DNA of 62,005 bases, counting the filler, from Jimgerdemannia flammicorona (Eukaryota): assembly GCA_003990765.1 (NCBI GenBank). It is 2 parts of 2 records of this genome, joined end to end, with 100 filler letters (N's around TTAATTAATTAA, not from the genome) between each part and the next. Parts side by side here need not be neighbours in the genome. Positions count along the whole stretch, not along the records: positions 1 to 30,958 come from RBNJ01000416.1; 1 more part is not named here. The stretch is one strand, 5' to 3'. The position numbers and the translations under genes were made by a program. Below the pieces are notes generated by a model. That model searched no databases. It was given only the letters and a program-made list of their open reading frames with translations, and was not told the DNA's origin. Shown in pieces: positions 13,065-27,260 of the stretch (the first letter of the stretch is position 1; each line of letters begins with the position of its first letter).

Positions 13065-13969
13065 AATTTGGGATCAAGAATCATCTGAGGAAGAAGAAAC
13101 TCTTGAACAGAAGGTTCCTGAACAAGAAGTACCCAGTCTCTGAACTCATTCCCTGAGATAACTCTCACTGGACACTATCTGAAGATAATGACTTATGGAA
13201 TATCAAAGAAGGACTAAGCATAATCCCTATTGTTTCTAAGAAAGAAACTTACTAAGAGCGGGCTTTTTGGCTAAGAAGATGTCCACACCAAATGATCTTC
13301 TCCCCAAGACTACTGCTATTAGTGTCATCTACTCGACCAGTAAGAGAGACAGAGACCCCAAAGACCAGAACCCCCAACTACAGTTGTACAGTCAACTACT
13401 TTCTAAGAAGTTACCACCAGATTGCAAAGTCAATTTAGAGGACAAGGTCTCTTCACCTGAACAGAAGTATACCCCTTGTACACTCTTCTCCCAACTTATG
13501 ACCAAGATGAGTACCAATTCCTGAGACAACAAGAGATCAATAACTAGGAATAGCATTTCTAAGCAATGAGATATTGCAATCATAGAAGACACCCAGAGCC
13601 AAGACTGCAGACACCAGAAGATTCACCTCAGTCATGATGTTGCAATCCACACCTTGAAAAGAGGAGTTAACAGAGGCCAGATTTGAAAAAACCAGACCAA
13701 GAAGCCAGGAAGAAGGACTCTTAAGATCTATGATTTAGGAGAAGACATTCTAGCTCTCATCAGACATGCAACCTATCAAGGATGGATAGAGGATGCCACC
13801 AACTTCATAGAAGCCCTAGACCCTATAGGAAGAAGAGGAATCAACTTTCTCTGAGACCCCTCTACTGGAGCCAGATGGCCACACCTCAATCTCAGAGCCT
13901 GGAGGCTCTCTGCTAGTGGAGCCTCAGCCCAAGGACAGCCCAAACTCAGCAAGGATATTGCCCAGTATG

Positions 13970-14355
13970 CCCTGCTACATCCCAAGGCCAAACCCCTGAC
14001 CAAAGCCCACCCAGAAGCTATAGGATATAATCTTCACAGTCTGGAGGATGAATCTATCAAGCCTGGAAAAACATTCATGATCAGAACTGAACTAGCTATA
14101 TAGCCATCCCAAGGAGCTTACATCCAACTGACCTCGAGATCTGGACTTGCCAGACAAGGAATAATCATAGAAGAAGGAACCATTGACCCAGAATAAATAG
14201 GCAAAATCAAGGTCATCATATATAACAGTAGTATAGAATGGCACCAAATCATTAGAGGATAGAAGATTGCCCAAGCAGGTCAAGACTCCACAATTACAAG
14301 AAGTCTCTGAACTGACTGAAGGAACAAGACAAGCCAAAGGATTTAGAAGTTCAGA
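13970..14355 (+). pseudogene. dUTPase domain of gypsy element
   Basis: AIGYNL (motif 1), SRSGLA (motif 2), GTIDPE*IG (motif 3), KIAQ (motif 4) and RQAKGFRSS (motif 5), with stops and a frameshift. Confidence 0.85.
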
Positions 14356-17300
14356 TAAGAAGGAAGTATATCTCTTTCGAGTCAACCACCTCAAGAGGAA
14401 TATTTCCCAGCAAGTGTACTGTCAACTAGTCAAGCTGTACAAGAACCTCATCCTGGAGCCTGGAGAACAAACCACATTCGAAATCTTTGCACCACCTGAC
14501 CCCAGAAACCTCTTCTTTAAATCCAATAAAGATATCCCACACCTGGATATAGAAGGACATATATTTCCTAACAAGATGAACCCAGTATACTCCCAAGCAA
14601 CCAAACAAAGTTGGGAAACCATCATCTTGCCAAAAGGAACCATCATAGGACATCTGGTGCCTTTTCTCAACTGAACTCATAGAGAAGTTTATGAACTAAA
14701 CTTATCAGAAAATGACAAAAGGTCTCAGAAGAAAGGAAAGGCCCCTCTGCGATCCAGGAGATAGTAAAGCCTTCCACCAACATTAGAGAAGAATTGATAC
14801 CCAACAATGGTAACAACTAGTAGAACCCCTCAATAAATATCAAGATATCTTCACCACTGATTATGGCAACCTGCTATTCAACCCATCATATCACCACAGT
14901 ATAAATACAGGAAATGCAACACCCATCTAGCAGAAACCCTATAGAATACCCTATTACTTAAAGATATTTGAAAAGAAGCACATTCAAGAACTTTTGGACA
15001 ATGGAGTCATCTAACCCTCAACTAGCCCTTGGACCAGCCCTATACTTATTATACCAAAGAAAGGAGGATAGAGACTCTGTATAGACTATAGAAAACTCAA
15101 TTCAGTCACTGAAAAGAATATCTATCCTTTGTACAGAATTGATGACCTCTTGGATCAGTTATAAGATGTCAGATACTTCAGCAGTATGGACCTTTTTGCA
15201 AGATTCCACAAGATCTCCATGGACCCAAAAGACATTCAAAAGACAGCCTTTCTTGCTCTAGAAAAACTGTTTGAATACCTCCAAATATCCTTTAAACTTT
15301 GCAATATATCCCCCACCTTCTAGAGGATAACAAATTCACAATGGGTGACAATCTTTATTAATATTATATATTATACATTGTGATTGATGATAACAAAGAA
15401 CTTAATAATAGATATCAATATTGGTGATGTCATACATAAGCATAAGCCACAAATGTATCATAAAGGATGAGATTAAGTATGTGAGAAGGGAGATAAAAGT
15501 GGGTGAGAAATCTATTGAGTTTAATCAGTGTAAGGCAGAGAAGGCATTTGTTATACAGAGAGTGAGACAAGAGAGTGAGATAGCTGCAACTGAGAAAGAA
15601 GAGGTGGAGGGGGAGGAAGATGAGATGATACAATCAGCAAACTTGAACACAGTGATGATGATGACCATACCACTGACCCTACCCCCAATCTCTTTTGGTT
15701 CTATCTGAGATTCTTCTTTCCCCACCTCTGCTCTTGATACAACTATCCTTCCCACTATGACTCTTCACCTCCTTAACCTGATGTACCCTAGTTAGATGAG
15801 CCAGCACCCCAAAGACATATTGTCAGCCCACATATGGATACAGAACAAACAGGCAACCATTGTGTTCTTGCATGATTTGATGGGAGGTGGGATACATTAT
15901 GTGAGAGTTGAATTTTGTATTAGTAGGAAGTATGGAATACCTAAGATACTATCAGAAGTAGTGTGTGAGACCAGAGCATAAGCAGAAGAAACAGACCCTC
16001 TCTTTGTACAACTTCACAAACCTCCAGCTTTATTACAATCTTCTGATACCCTTTTGTGACCTCTGGCTCAAGAAGGTATGTTAGCATCTATGGGACCAAT
16101 ATATACTCATGGATTAAGATCTTATTAATCTCATCCCTGTCTTCCTTCCAGGATACAGGTCTCTGCAATACCTATACACAAGTAAATACCATGTACCTGA
16201 GCTTTCTCACTAGCCTGCTTGACCTGGCTATAGAGAAGAGCTCAGACAGAGTATATATATTCATACACTCCTTCACATGGCTTTGATTTTGATTGCCTAT
16301 CTCCTAATCCATTAATTGATGTTTTGTTATCCTTCATGCTTCAGATATCCTCCTGCTGCCAGAACTCTACCATGAGCCTGGATGGTACTCTTGATATACT
16401 ATATCCACTGGAAGCAAACTTAGATTCAGATATGATTGTGCTGGCAGGAAGGGCAAGGAGGGGCAAGTTTGCAAGTATGAGGAAGTAATATGAGCTTAAG
16501 ATATATGTATTTATACTGTGCCCTTTATGTGTCACCTCTCCCCACTTCTCCTCACCAACTATGTCTGCATATATACAGACCAAGCATACTGTCTTGCTGA
16601 TCTATACCCAACCACAATGAGATCCTAGCCATACTGCAAGTGAACTAGGTCATCATGTCAGGAGAGACTAGATGATGTATAATAAAGTGACTCAGTTCTA
16701 GTTTCATTCATATTGGTGAACTTTCAGAGAGGGCTCACATCCTCACACCACTCTCTTTTTTTTTTTTTTTCCTGCCCCATATAGCAGAAAGAGCATGTGG
16801 GTTCTGTAGAACATCACTAAGTTGCTACAGGTGAAACCACTATACTTGGTTGTTTATCTAATTCAAACTCATATTATGGATAATGTTTTAACTTGTCTAT
16901 TCATATTCCTGTCTCTTCCAGCCTCTGTCATTTCAATCACACACCATATCTCACTTGAGATAGATGATGTCACTATTGGCTCTCTTAGCAGCCTGGTTAG
17001 GTATCAGATCAGACTTGAGAGTCAGGTCAATGTGGAGAGCCTGCTGGTATTCTGTACCATAGTAGGTTTATATATGTGTGGTCAGTTACAGGTAGCATAA
17101 CTGGTTTTGGATATTGTCACTGATATCCTATATTACTCAGGGCATCCTCTGCTGTCTCAATACTGACCCTAATCTCACCCACATTATAATAGATAAGGTG
17201 TATGAGCGGATGCTGGAGTCAGACTTTTTGTTAATTATTCTGAGTGGACTGGTGGGCTTGTGGCCAAATCTAAAGTATGTACACTTGGTAATAAGATTAA

Positions 17301-19699
17301 GTAGAGAAAAGGAGGGGATCAGATTGCTTTCAATTATGTTATTTGGCAGACATTGTGTCATTGTGCTATGTTTTGTGCTACTTGATATGATTGGCATTAT
17401 ATTGAGAATCTATAACTCTCTCCTGTAGGGTAATCCTCATGTCTGCAATACTGGAGGCTCACTATTTCTCTGACTACTTTAGCAGCTACCCCATAATCAA
17501 AGTTCCCGGCTGCATATTTTCATTGAAGTCAGATTCCTGGAGGATGTGGCTGAGGAGATGAGTGGGTGTCATCAGTGAGGAGTTGTTTCTTTTGGATTAT
17601 TGCGAGAATTGCTTGAATGATATTGAGAGATTGACATATCTGTTTGAGTAGCCAATGATAGGATATGTGCTCAAAGAAGAGTCAGAGTATGCTGTCAGTG
17701 TTAAGAAGAATGAAATATAGTTAGTGTAATTAATTTCTGCACCCATGTTATATCATCAACATATTTTATGAAATTCTTCTGAACTAACATCTGCTTGTAC
17801 AATTTCTTTAAAATCAATCCTAAAGACAAAAGTACTGTCAAGATCACTGGCAAGCATAGCATGTGCAAATGGTTCAGCTGCAGTGAAAAAAGAACTCTAT
17901 GGACACCTACTACAACTCTGATCTCAAATCCCTCAATGCCCTGCCATCAACTCCACCTATGCTCTACATATGCTGTCTACTGTCAACAGCATAGATCCAA
18001 ATCAGTTCAATGATGATCTTCTCATCTTTCTTCTTTATTTCTCTGTGAGCAATATCCTAGCTACAGACACTATCCCTCCTATGGGTGCCATCCTCATCCT
18101 TCTCTTGGGTCTGCCCAGGATCTGCCAGCTATATGACCTACTCACTATTGCTGGTTCACTGATCTGAGATGCTATATACTCTATCTGTTACACTCAGCAC
18201 TTGTATCAGAGGAGCAAGAGGCTGCATTTGAAGTACCACCTATCAGGGTAAGAAAAGTGGTATTGGTAATGAATATTGCAAAATGATTTTGGATATTATG
18301 GTTATAGTAGGTAAGGAGAGGGTAAAGGTTATAAGATAGGTGGTAGACAATATTGTGACAGTTGCAATATGCTTTTGCATCCCTATGGCAATGCAGGTTT
18401 AACAAGAAACATAAAAGAATAAGCCTGGATAAGATGTTCATGTTGAGGGCAAGTGTGAAGCAATGGTGAGAGCATGTAGACAGTGTGCAGGAGAGATTAT
18501 ACTACTATCTTTTTATGAGATATCATTTTGAGAACTAAGTAAGTTCCTCCTAAGAATGGGGTTTGTTGTAAGTAATCTTAGTTCTTTTACTTATATCTCA
18601 TTATTATCCAGTTCTATATCTGTATCAACCCCACTCTTCTACTTAGCTTAGTGACTATCTCACCCCCAAGATGCTCTACCTCTCTCTCTTCAAGTTCTGT
18701 CTTAAGATTAAGATCTGCTACTTGGGCTTAATCCATGATGTATATACTCTCCAGTGTACTGGATCTACCACTCCTAATACCTGTAGTGTAGAATACAATT
18801 ATCTCCCTCATAGATTGATATCTGCCAAGTTACCCAGCTGGATGTCTACCTATCTAACCTTTCCTGTGATGTCCATATTGCCAAAATGATCCTCTCTATG
18901 AAGTTCTGGTATTTCTGAATAAATCAGATATCTTACTATCTTAATTGTGCTCTTCTTGCTTAGAATAGCAGTCTTTTACAATAATGAGAACTAGATCTAG
19001 CCAAAAATGTAGATAATAACTATTCCAAAGAAAAAAAATGTTGTAAAGTGGTATACATTAAGCAAGTTTTCACAGATACTCACCCAAAATAAATGAAAGG
19101 GATAGAGCAACCAAATAACAAAAGTTGGAGACATGAGACAAAGTGAAATTCTCAGGAAAAATCATATGATATAGCAATCTATTTCATTGTTTCTTATCTT
19201 TCTGGTAATGGTGGATCTTATTTATTAGCTGCTGGAAGTTACTGGTAATTGTTTTATTTACTACTATAGATACCAGTAATATTTTCTTTCAACTGGTTAG
19301 CCCATGGTAGTGTTCTTTTTTTCTTTTTAAATTCAGTGAGAATCCATGAGTTCATCCTCTTAGGATCCCCACAAAGAACCCCATACAATATTATCATAAT
19401 AAATAGAAAGGTGTTGGTGGTCAGTATTGAGCTGACTTGAAACATTTCAGACCATCAGCATCTTGGACTATCAATTTATTGAATTATACATTGTAACCTT
19501 TGAAGATATAAAAATACAACATATAGAATAAGCTATATATAGATATCACTAAACTTCAAAATGCATTAATAATTACTAACCATCTTTTGGTCTATATGAG
19601 CTAGCAAAGTTTTTACCCTTCAAACAATGAATGGCCTTTCTATTTCTCTTTCTCATGTTCGGATTTTCCACCATGTTTGGACTTCTTTTCCTCTTTCTC

Positions 19700-20600
19700 C
19701 TTCTGTGGAGGAGAGAAAGCAAAAAGTCACTGAACTTTGCCAAAACAGTAATGGAGGGCCCAGATATAAAGAAGAGGCTTCAATTATAATCCAGCCCAGA
19801 TAACATCTCTAGTTTCTAGAGTGATGTGTGGGGTTTCCACAAAAATTGAATTATGATCCTTGATGTAGCAGAATATAATGGATCACTCAGGGCTATTATT
19901 TGCTATGGAACAGAGGAAATTATTGTCAATAGAATGATTGAGAGAGACCAGACATCAGATTTGAAATAATGATGAGATAATTGTGTTTCTACAAAATGCT
20001 CCAGGGTCTTGAGTTCTGATGAGCCTTCCACTGGCCACAGTTTGTACTTATGATTTGTGATTTTGACTGCTCTCCTGAAGCTGGTCCAGCAATAACATAT
20101 ATCTTCTGAAGTGTGGGTGAATAGGTAATTTCTTGGACTTATATTTTGGTGAGTAATTCTATATTTATGTAGGTAAATGATACCATCCAATATTTGGCTG
20201 AATGCTGTGTAAACTATTTCTTCTTATTCATACTTATCTGTTTCCTTCATTTATTCCATCAGTTCATAGAGGTTACTATGATATCTTTCCATTATAATGC
20301 TTGAAAATTTCTTATCATTACTGTATAGAGGATGGAAACAATGTTCTTGTTCTTGATATGTCTTACAATATCAATTTCTTATTGAATTACTTCAATATCA
20401 TAGTTGTCTAGCTTTGATAAAATTTTTACAACACAGGTTTCACCATTTGAATGAACTCTCTCAAAGATATATCCAGATGCTTCTTTCCATATTTTATGTC
20501 CCAGTATCACACCTGGGAGAATAACTTCATTCAAAAGAAGCTGTTTCCATAAGGTGGTGATGGGATCAGGCTTGGGTGGTATGTTGAATTGTATGTTGTT
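19700..20600 (-). pseudogene. Protein kinase pseudogene
   Basis: CVVKIF (VAIK), SIIMERY, QILDGIIYLHKYRITHQNISPRNYL (HRDIKPxN) and KSDVWSLSIIL (DVWSxG). In-frame stops and CpG depletion. Confidence 0.8.
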
Positions 20601-21269
20601 GACAACAAGCTGCAGACAGATAGGAAATCAGTGAGGGAAAGGATGTCAGGAAACAGGATGAGGATTTTATATATCTGATGTAACTAATATAAGTAATGTA
20701 ACTGAGATAATTTATCCCCAGTTATTATAAAATTTCAATTAGTATTAGTATCATACATTGAGAATTGGTAAATATAATATATGCATATATGCAATGTGGT
20801 TTTGTGATATACACCACCCAGGCCACTGACACAGTAACAGTAAAGAAGTGTTTATGAATCTGTATAATGCTGGTTGAGTTTGGAGAATTCCTTATCTATA
20901 ATACATAACTAGAAATGGTTCTTCTCAGTATTTGCAATAACCTCTACACTTTATAGTATGATACCCATATTCTGATGACTTACACAGAATTTGGAATTAT
21001 GCCTAATTATATTTCAACTTAAAGAGAATTCAGAATAACACCCATATTATGACCCAGGATACTATATCAATATTCCTAACTGGTAAGATAACTGTATTCC
21101 AACTTAGACAAATTCTGTACAAAACATGTATTCTGTCTAACCCTATGTTTTAACTTAGAGTATGACATCTATATTCAGTCTATACATAGAATTTAGTAAC
21201 ACTAATACAGACCCAGCAAACCATTATGTTATTTGTTTCTATTTTTTTTTTTTTTTTTTTTTTTTACAA

Positions 21270-24200
21270 GATATTTATACTACTTCACTCTTTAATGATT
21301 TTAATCATTATTTTATTATATCTTGTTAAATAAATCAAAAAATTGCAAAGGTGATATTATAGAGAGATGTGGGAATAGAAATGAGAATGAAGCTCGAGAA
21401 TAAAGTAAGAAGAGCTCACCAAAGCCCTAATTAAGAGTACTTTTATGAAGTTACCTCCAGCTTTTCAGCATGTCTTTTGCAAGTCACTTCTAGCTTTTCA
21501 GTATGACTTATATATACTTTAGAAAATTTGTCAGAAGGTATTGGTCTTGAGTAGTACTATACAACCCAAACTGATCTGTGTACACATTTAACCTAATTCA
21601 GAATTATATATAATCTATCTTTAACCCAATCTGGAAATATATATCACCTATCTTTAACTTGACTCAGAATTATATGTCACTCATCTTTAATCCAATCTAA
21701 GAAAAAAACATGACCTGACTCTAATTTATATTTAATACAACTTAGATCTATCTTTAATCTATCTTTAAGCTATAAGATATAAAAATAAATATTATACATC
21801 TAAGATAAATATTTAGAATAAATAAATAGAAATATAGTTAAAATCAGAAATCAAAATAAAATTAAAAATAAATAAAGAAAAATAAACTTACTAATATGAA
21901 TAGATCTTACTCTTTATTACTATAAACTAACTGATTCTTCTCCTTCTTATATTCTGAACTATCTTCTATATCCTCTTTCATATATTTCTCATTATATCTA
22001 AACCACTTTTCTCTAAATTCTTCTCCTCAATATCCTCCTCTAGACCAATCTTCTCTACACTGATCTTCTTATATTTCTCTATACTGATCTTTATATATTC
22101 CTCTATACTGACCTCTCCATATTTCTCTATACTGATCTCTACATATTTCTCTACACTGATCCCCCTATATTTCTCTATACTAATCTCTATATATTCCTCC
22201 ATATCAATCTCTGCATATTCCTCTATATAAATCTTTCTATATTTCTCTACATCAATCTCCTCTATATCAATCTCTCTACCAGTACCAATACCTTTATTAG
22301 TACTGATATCTCTCATCTCTCTATCTCCTCTACCACTATCTTTCTCTTTCTTAATATTAATCAAATTTACCAGTCTGCTATCTATCAGTTATATATAAAG
22401 TAGTTTGTTATTCTTCACTAATACTTATTCAAATATGGCCAATAGTTCTTAGTATTTATCTATGATGATAATTTTATCTAGACAATCTCACTTATTCTAT
22501 ACTTTAATATTTATCTTAAAGCTAATATGATACGATAAATATTCTATAGTTTTTATATATTTTCTATTATTCTTATGATTTCTTTCCTTAGTTAGTTATC
22601 TTGTACTTTCTTCATATATATATTTATTGGCCATAGTGAGAGCATACCTAATATCTAAGTTGTATGGTCTTTTCTCTGTAAGGTTTGAAATATCTCAGAA
22701 TTTGGCTCAGTAATATTTCTAGATAATACTTGGGTAAACTCAATGGTAAAAATGGTAGTTGTTATAGGATTTGTACTCTGGCCCAGACTTAGAAGCTGAG
22801 AGATATATATATTTCAAATATTACTAGAAAAAAAAAATCAGATATTAATTAAAATAAAATAAAATAAAATAAAATAACTAACTTTTTTAAGCTATATTAT
22901 TCAGACTAATGGTAAGCTACTAGTGAACTGAGAGAGTGAGCTGTATGATAGCTAGCTAGCAGTTAGAAAGCTAAAGATATTAAGAAGCTAGAGACCAGAA
23001 AGCTGGGTAGCTTACTGAGGAGTAAGCTGGAGATTGGAAAGCTGAGAGTCAATAAGCTGAGAGTTGGTAAGCTTAGCAATCTGTATATTGGCAAGTTTAG
23101 CAGACTGTGTATTGGCAAGCTCATCAATAAGCAGGATATCTTTAGGATCTGAAACAGATACTAAGTTTTGAGATAGTAAGCTAAGAAGTAATAAGCTTAG
23201 AGTTAAAAAGTTAGAAGATCTTATAAATACTTATTGACTAGATAGTAATATCTATATATTCTCAACTAGTGATGAATTAAGTGAGATTAAGTAAAAGATG
23301 AGATAAAGTGAAAAATAAGATAAAGTAAAGAATAAGAGGTAATAATTTATAGAAAGTAAGCTTTCAATATACCAAATACTCAAAAGTTATAATAACTTTC
23401 AAAAGTTCTTTCAGAAGCTCTTTTGGAAGCTCTTTTAGAATCTCTTCAAAATCTCTTTTGAAACTTCTTTTAAAATCTCTATAAAGTATATATTATTTAC
23501 AATCTGAGAAATGAGAGTAAGAGATATAGAGAAATATGTAAGAATTGTATAAGAGAAGTAGAATATAGTGAGAAAAGCTCTAAATTGTAAGTGTAAGTAT
23601 AAGCATAAGTATAAGTGAGATTTGCAAGTATAAGCTAAAAGTTTACTTAGCTGGTTCAGTCTGCTTAGCTAATAGCTAATATTATATATAAATAGCTATG
23701 ATATTAGCTTATATATATATTATATTAGCTTATCAAACTGAGCTTATCTAGACTTATAAAGTCTGATTTACATATATTAAATCTTACTCAAATATTACTT
23801 ATAAATTTCACTTTAATCTTACTTATAAATTTTACTTAAATATTACTATAAACCTCACTACAAACCTTACTCAAACATTGCTATAAATCTCACTCAAATA
23901 TTATTACAAACCTCCCTTAATTGAGGTTTATACAGAATATATTAAATATATAGAATATACTAAATCATATAAAATATACTGAATCTCCAAAGTATATTTG
24001 CTATTTATAATTACATAATAAATATCAGTTTATTATCTATATATATTTATTCATTCATTCTCTATCTATCTTTAGATAATAAAATAAGTAACAAAGGAGT
24101 ACATATTTGCTAATATTAATTGATCTTTGACCATTGTATCTTATACTATTTCCAAGCTCACTCTCTGTTCTCAGCTTGTTATACTCTATCTTACTGCTCC

Positions 24201-26520
24201 CAGCTTACTGACTTCTGTTCCAGATCTTATAGTTTCTGACTTTCTAGTATCTGCTCTATCACTTATTACTCTTGTCTCTCAGTTTACTACTCCTCAGCTC
24301 ATTCTCTATCTCTCTAGCTTACTATTCTCCAACTCACTACTCCCTAGCTCACTACTTTCTAGCTTACCACTTTCTAGCTCTCAGCCTCTTACTCAGCTCT
24401 TAGTTTCTACTATTATTAAATACTTTTTGAAATATCTAAAGATTAAGAACAAAATTTAGGAGAAATTTTAAAACTATCAGATAATATATTAGAGAATATA
24501 TTAAATATCTCTACCAGTTCATCTTTTCTCAGTATAATTCATATTACAATAATATCTTTTAATACTTTTTATATAGTTTTTGGAGAAAAGAAACTAGTAA
24601 TATAATAATGTATAGAAGTTATAACAGATATATTGAGTTTGATAGACGGGATCTTTAAGTAACAATATGTTAAGAGGGATTATAGTATAGAGATGGGGTT
24701 TTTCAGTAGTGAGGAAGGATAAGATAGATCTAATAAAAGTTAGCTATCAGGTATAGATAGAGAAGAGCAGAGGCTGATGAGTTTTACTAATAAGATGAAG
24801 GCAGAGAGTTGGTCTGGAGATACTTAGGATATAAAGTCTAGAGAGAGAAAAAAGTAAGTGCTGAAAGGACTGATAGATCAATAATTAGTAGAGTGGATAT
24901 AGAGGCTAATGGGGCTGTTATAAAGAGTAGTAGTATAACTACTAATAGTGGTATAACAGTAGATCTAGCAAAAAAAATCAAATATAATTACTGATAAAGA
25001 GGCTAAATAGAGAGGATGCAAAGAGAAGAGAGATCTGATAGATAGTATAATGGGTTTAGTGGTAGCTCTATTACTTAAGAAATTGACCTTCAAATTTGCT
25101 ATCATATTATATTTCCAGGAGCTGGCAGTAATACTAAGATATTTCTAAGGCTGATTGTAAAAAAGATAACTTAGGTAGCTTAGTAAAATTCCTATAGAGG
25201 TTAGAGAAGATTGAGATATATAAGTTTTGAAGATAGAGCTATTGAAGGAGGTCTTGAGGACTGAGTTGGCAGTAAGTGAGATAATGGTACTAATAGCTTA
25301 ATATCTGAGATAAGACCTAAGGATGGTTTAGCTCCTAGTAAAAGAGATACTAATAGTAATATCAGTTGAGACAAGGAGAAAAGTGAAGGAGGTTATAATG
25401 AAGTTTAGTAATGTTATAGATATTAGATTTCAGATCTAAGAGGGAACCTTGTTTCAGACTAGAGATATAGATGTTTAGCTCTAGTTTACTGAAAGAGAGA
25501 CTACTGAAAAGACTTAGAACCAGCCTTTAGTACTAATATAGAGTACTTTTATCTATAATTAGTACTTTCAACAAATTGAATTGAATCAAATTAGACTCAA
25601 ATTCAATTTAATTCAAAAACTTCAAATCAAATTAAGACCCAATTCAATTTAATTTGAATTGAATCAAGATCTAATTCAATTTAATTCAAATTAAATTAAG
25701 GTCTAATTTGATTCAAATTTCAATCTGAATCTAAATTTTTAAAATTCAATAATTTGATAGAAAAACATCTAAATTTAATAATCTTTGTTATACTGGATTC
25801 ACCCTATTAAATTGAATTCAACAAGCTAAAATTCATCAAATTTGAATATGTTTTCATTAAGTTATTATATTTCAAAGTTTGATTTTCAATTTTGAATCAA
25901 ATTAGACCTCGATTTGATTCAAACAATTCAAATTGGATCCCAATTTGATTTGAACTCAATTCAATTTAAATCCAATTTAAATTAAAAAATCTTTAATTTA
26001 ATTTAATTTGAATCACCCTCAATTCAATTTGATTTGAATTGATTTGAGCACTATCTATAATGTTACAAGAGTAAAAGACAGTGAGAAAGAGAAGAAGGAT
26101 CTGCTGGAGGTACTAGAGAAACTCAGTAAGGCAATAGAGTATTGAGTAATAGTATAGAGAGTATATGTAGCTTCAATATATCTAGAGGTAATCAATAGAA
26201 AATATATTCATATGAAATAGATATTATGGAAAAAGACCCAGAGAAGGAAACAATAGTGGAATCTACTGATATAATTGAAAGAGAAGATACTGGCTAAATC
26301 TGAAGAGAGCTCAGATAGAGTATAGGTAAGTGATGAAGCTAAAGTTGAAGTAGAGAAAAAGGTAGAGGATATAGAGAAGAGTAGAAAGGTAAGTAATCAG
26401 AGGCTCTATGATGATGGTATATATACTTGAGGTCTGAGAAGAGGAGGAGGACTACATGGTGAGAACTGATGCTCCAGTAGAGAGGGCTGAAGAGGATATA
26501 GAACTGGGTAATTCCAGTGT
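21270..26520. repeat. Extremely AT-rich, highly decayed transposon/repeat block
   Basis: Almost no CpG and TpA-rich. Contains low-complexity 24-bp repeats (21978-22364) and a probable further hAT end (TAGTACT at 21552) followed by TTTAACCCAATC-like subterminal repeats. Confidence 0.6.
25560..26053. mobile_element. hAT-type MITE (494 bp) with 8-bp TSD
   Basis: Termini TAGTACT...AGCACTA. TSD TCTATAAT at 25552-25559 and 26054-26061. Internal TTGAATTGAATC/ATTCAATTTGATT repeats. Confidence 0.88.
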
Positions 26521-26673
26521 ATTATTTATATTGAGCAGGAGAAAATCTGCTATAGAATCGACCATCGGGCCGTGGGTTTGAGAGGAAACATTTGCAAAAC
26601 GGACAGACTCGTCGTTGTATTTGACAATATCCTAAGTCTGCATTGTACATGATCTTTTGCTTTGTGTTTTTCG

Positions 26674-26704
<31 letters not shown>

Positions 26705-27260
26705 ATCAACATTCGCAGCCAATTCATGTTTGCTACAAAACCCCTTCTCTTGATAAATCTCGACAAGACGCGATCCACCATCCCCAAAATCATGTCTGGA
26801 TGCTGCCATGCTCTCAGCATCTCCCTTGCAATGTTTCCATCAAACTCAATCGTCCCAATGTTCCCCTTGTATACGGCAGTAAACGCGACGGTCCAAGATC
26901 AACAGTGCGGTTAAACGGGATTCCCACGATGGCTAACATATGCAGCTCTTCATGTAAGCTCTCGTAACTAGAATCTATGGACAAGAGTTCGGATAAACTT
27001 GGGGACCGAAAGGGCTCTCTTGGTTCGACTCCTGAAATGGCAGACTTCTCACGTTTTCAGGGACTGGTTATTCAGTCATGAGTCGGTCATGGGAGTTATA
27101 TACAAGCCACCGTCGGTAACCGGATAACCGGGAGCGACAAACATATATCAACACGAAACCTATTCCCCCCCATTTTCATCTCGTTCGGACGAGCCCATCT
27201 TCTGATTTGATCCATTCGCTACTTGCATATATCGAATCCACCACAAGAGAAAACTCCCAA

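Larger units (their letters stand above)
7876..15330 (+). mobile_element. 3'-truncated Ty3/gypsy LTR retrotransposon with dUTPase (LTR-PBS-gag-PR-Cys-rich-dUTPase-RT)
   Basis: Probable LTR TGTAAC...CA at 7876-8238 and PBS TGGTCCCC at 8240. Gag knuckle CFYCRQFRHYTTEC at ~10480-10520; protease-like IVADG...YDMILG at ~11130-11400; dUTPase at ~13970-14355. [34 protein letters not shown] at 14780-15330, broken off after SPTF*R. Confidence 0.88.

Noticed and set aside
21978..22364. 128-aa EKY/EIS repeat protein (and 24127..24459)
   Set aside because: Translation of decayed AT-rich tandem repeats.
26521..27090. Possible divergent gene upstream of NTE1
   Set aside because: CpG-rich and exon-like on the minus strand, but I could not build a consistent start and splice model or recognise a family.
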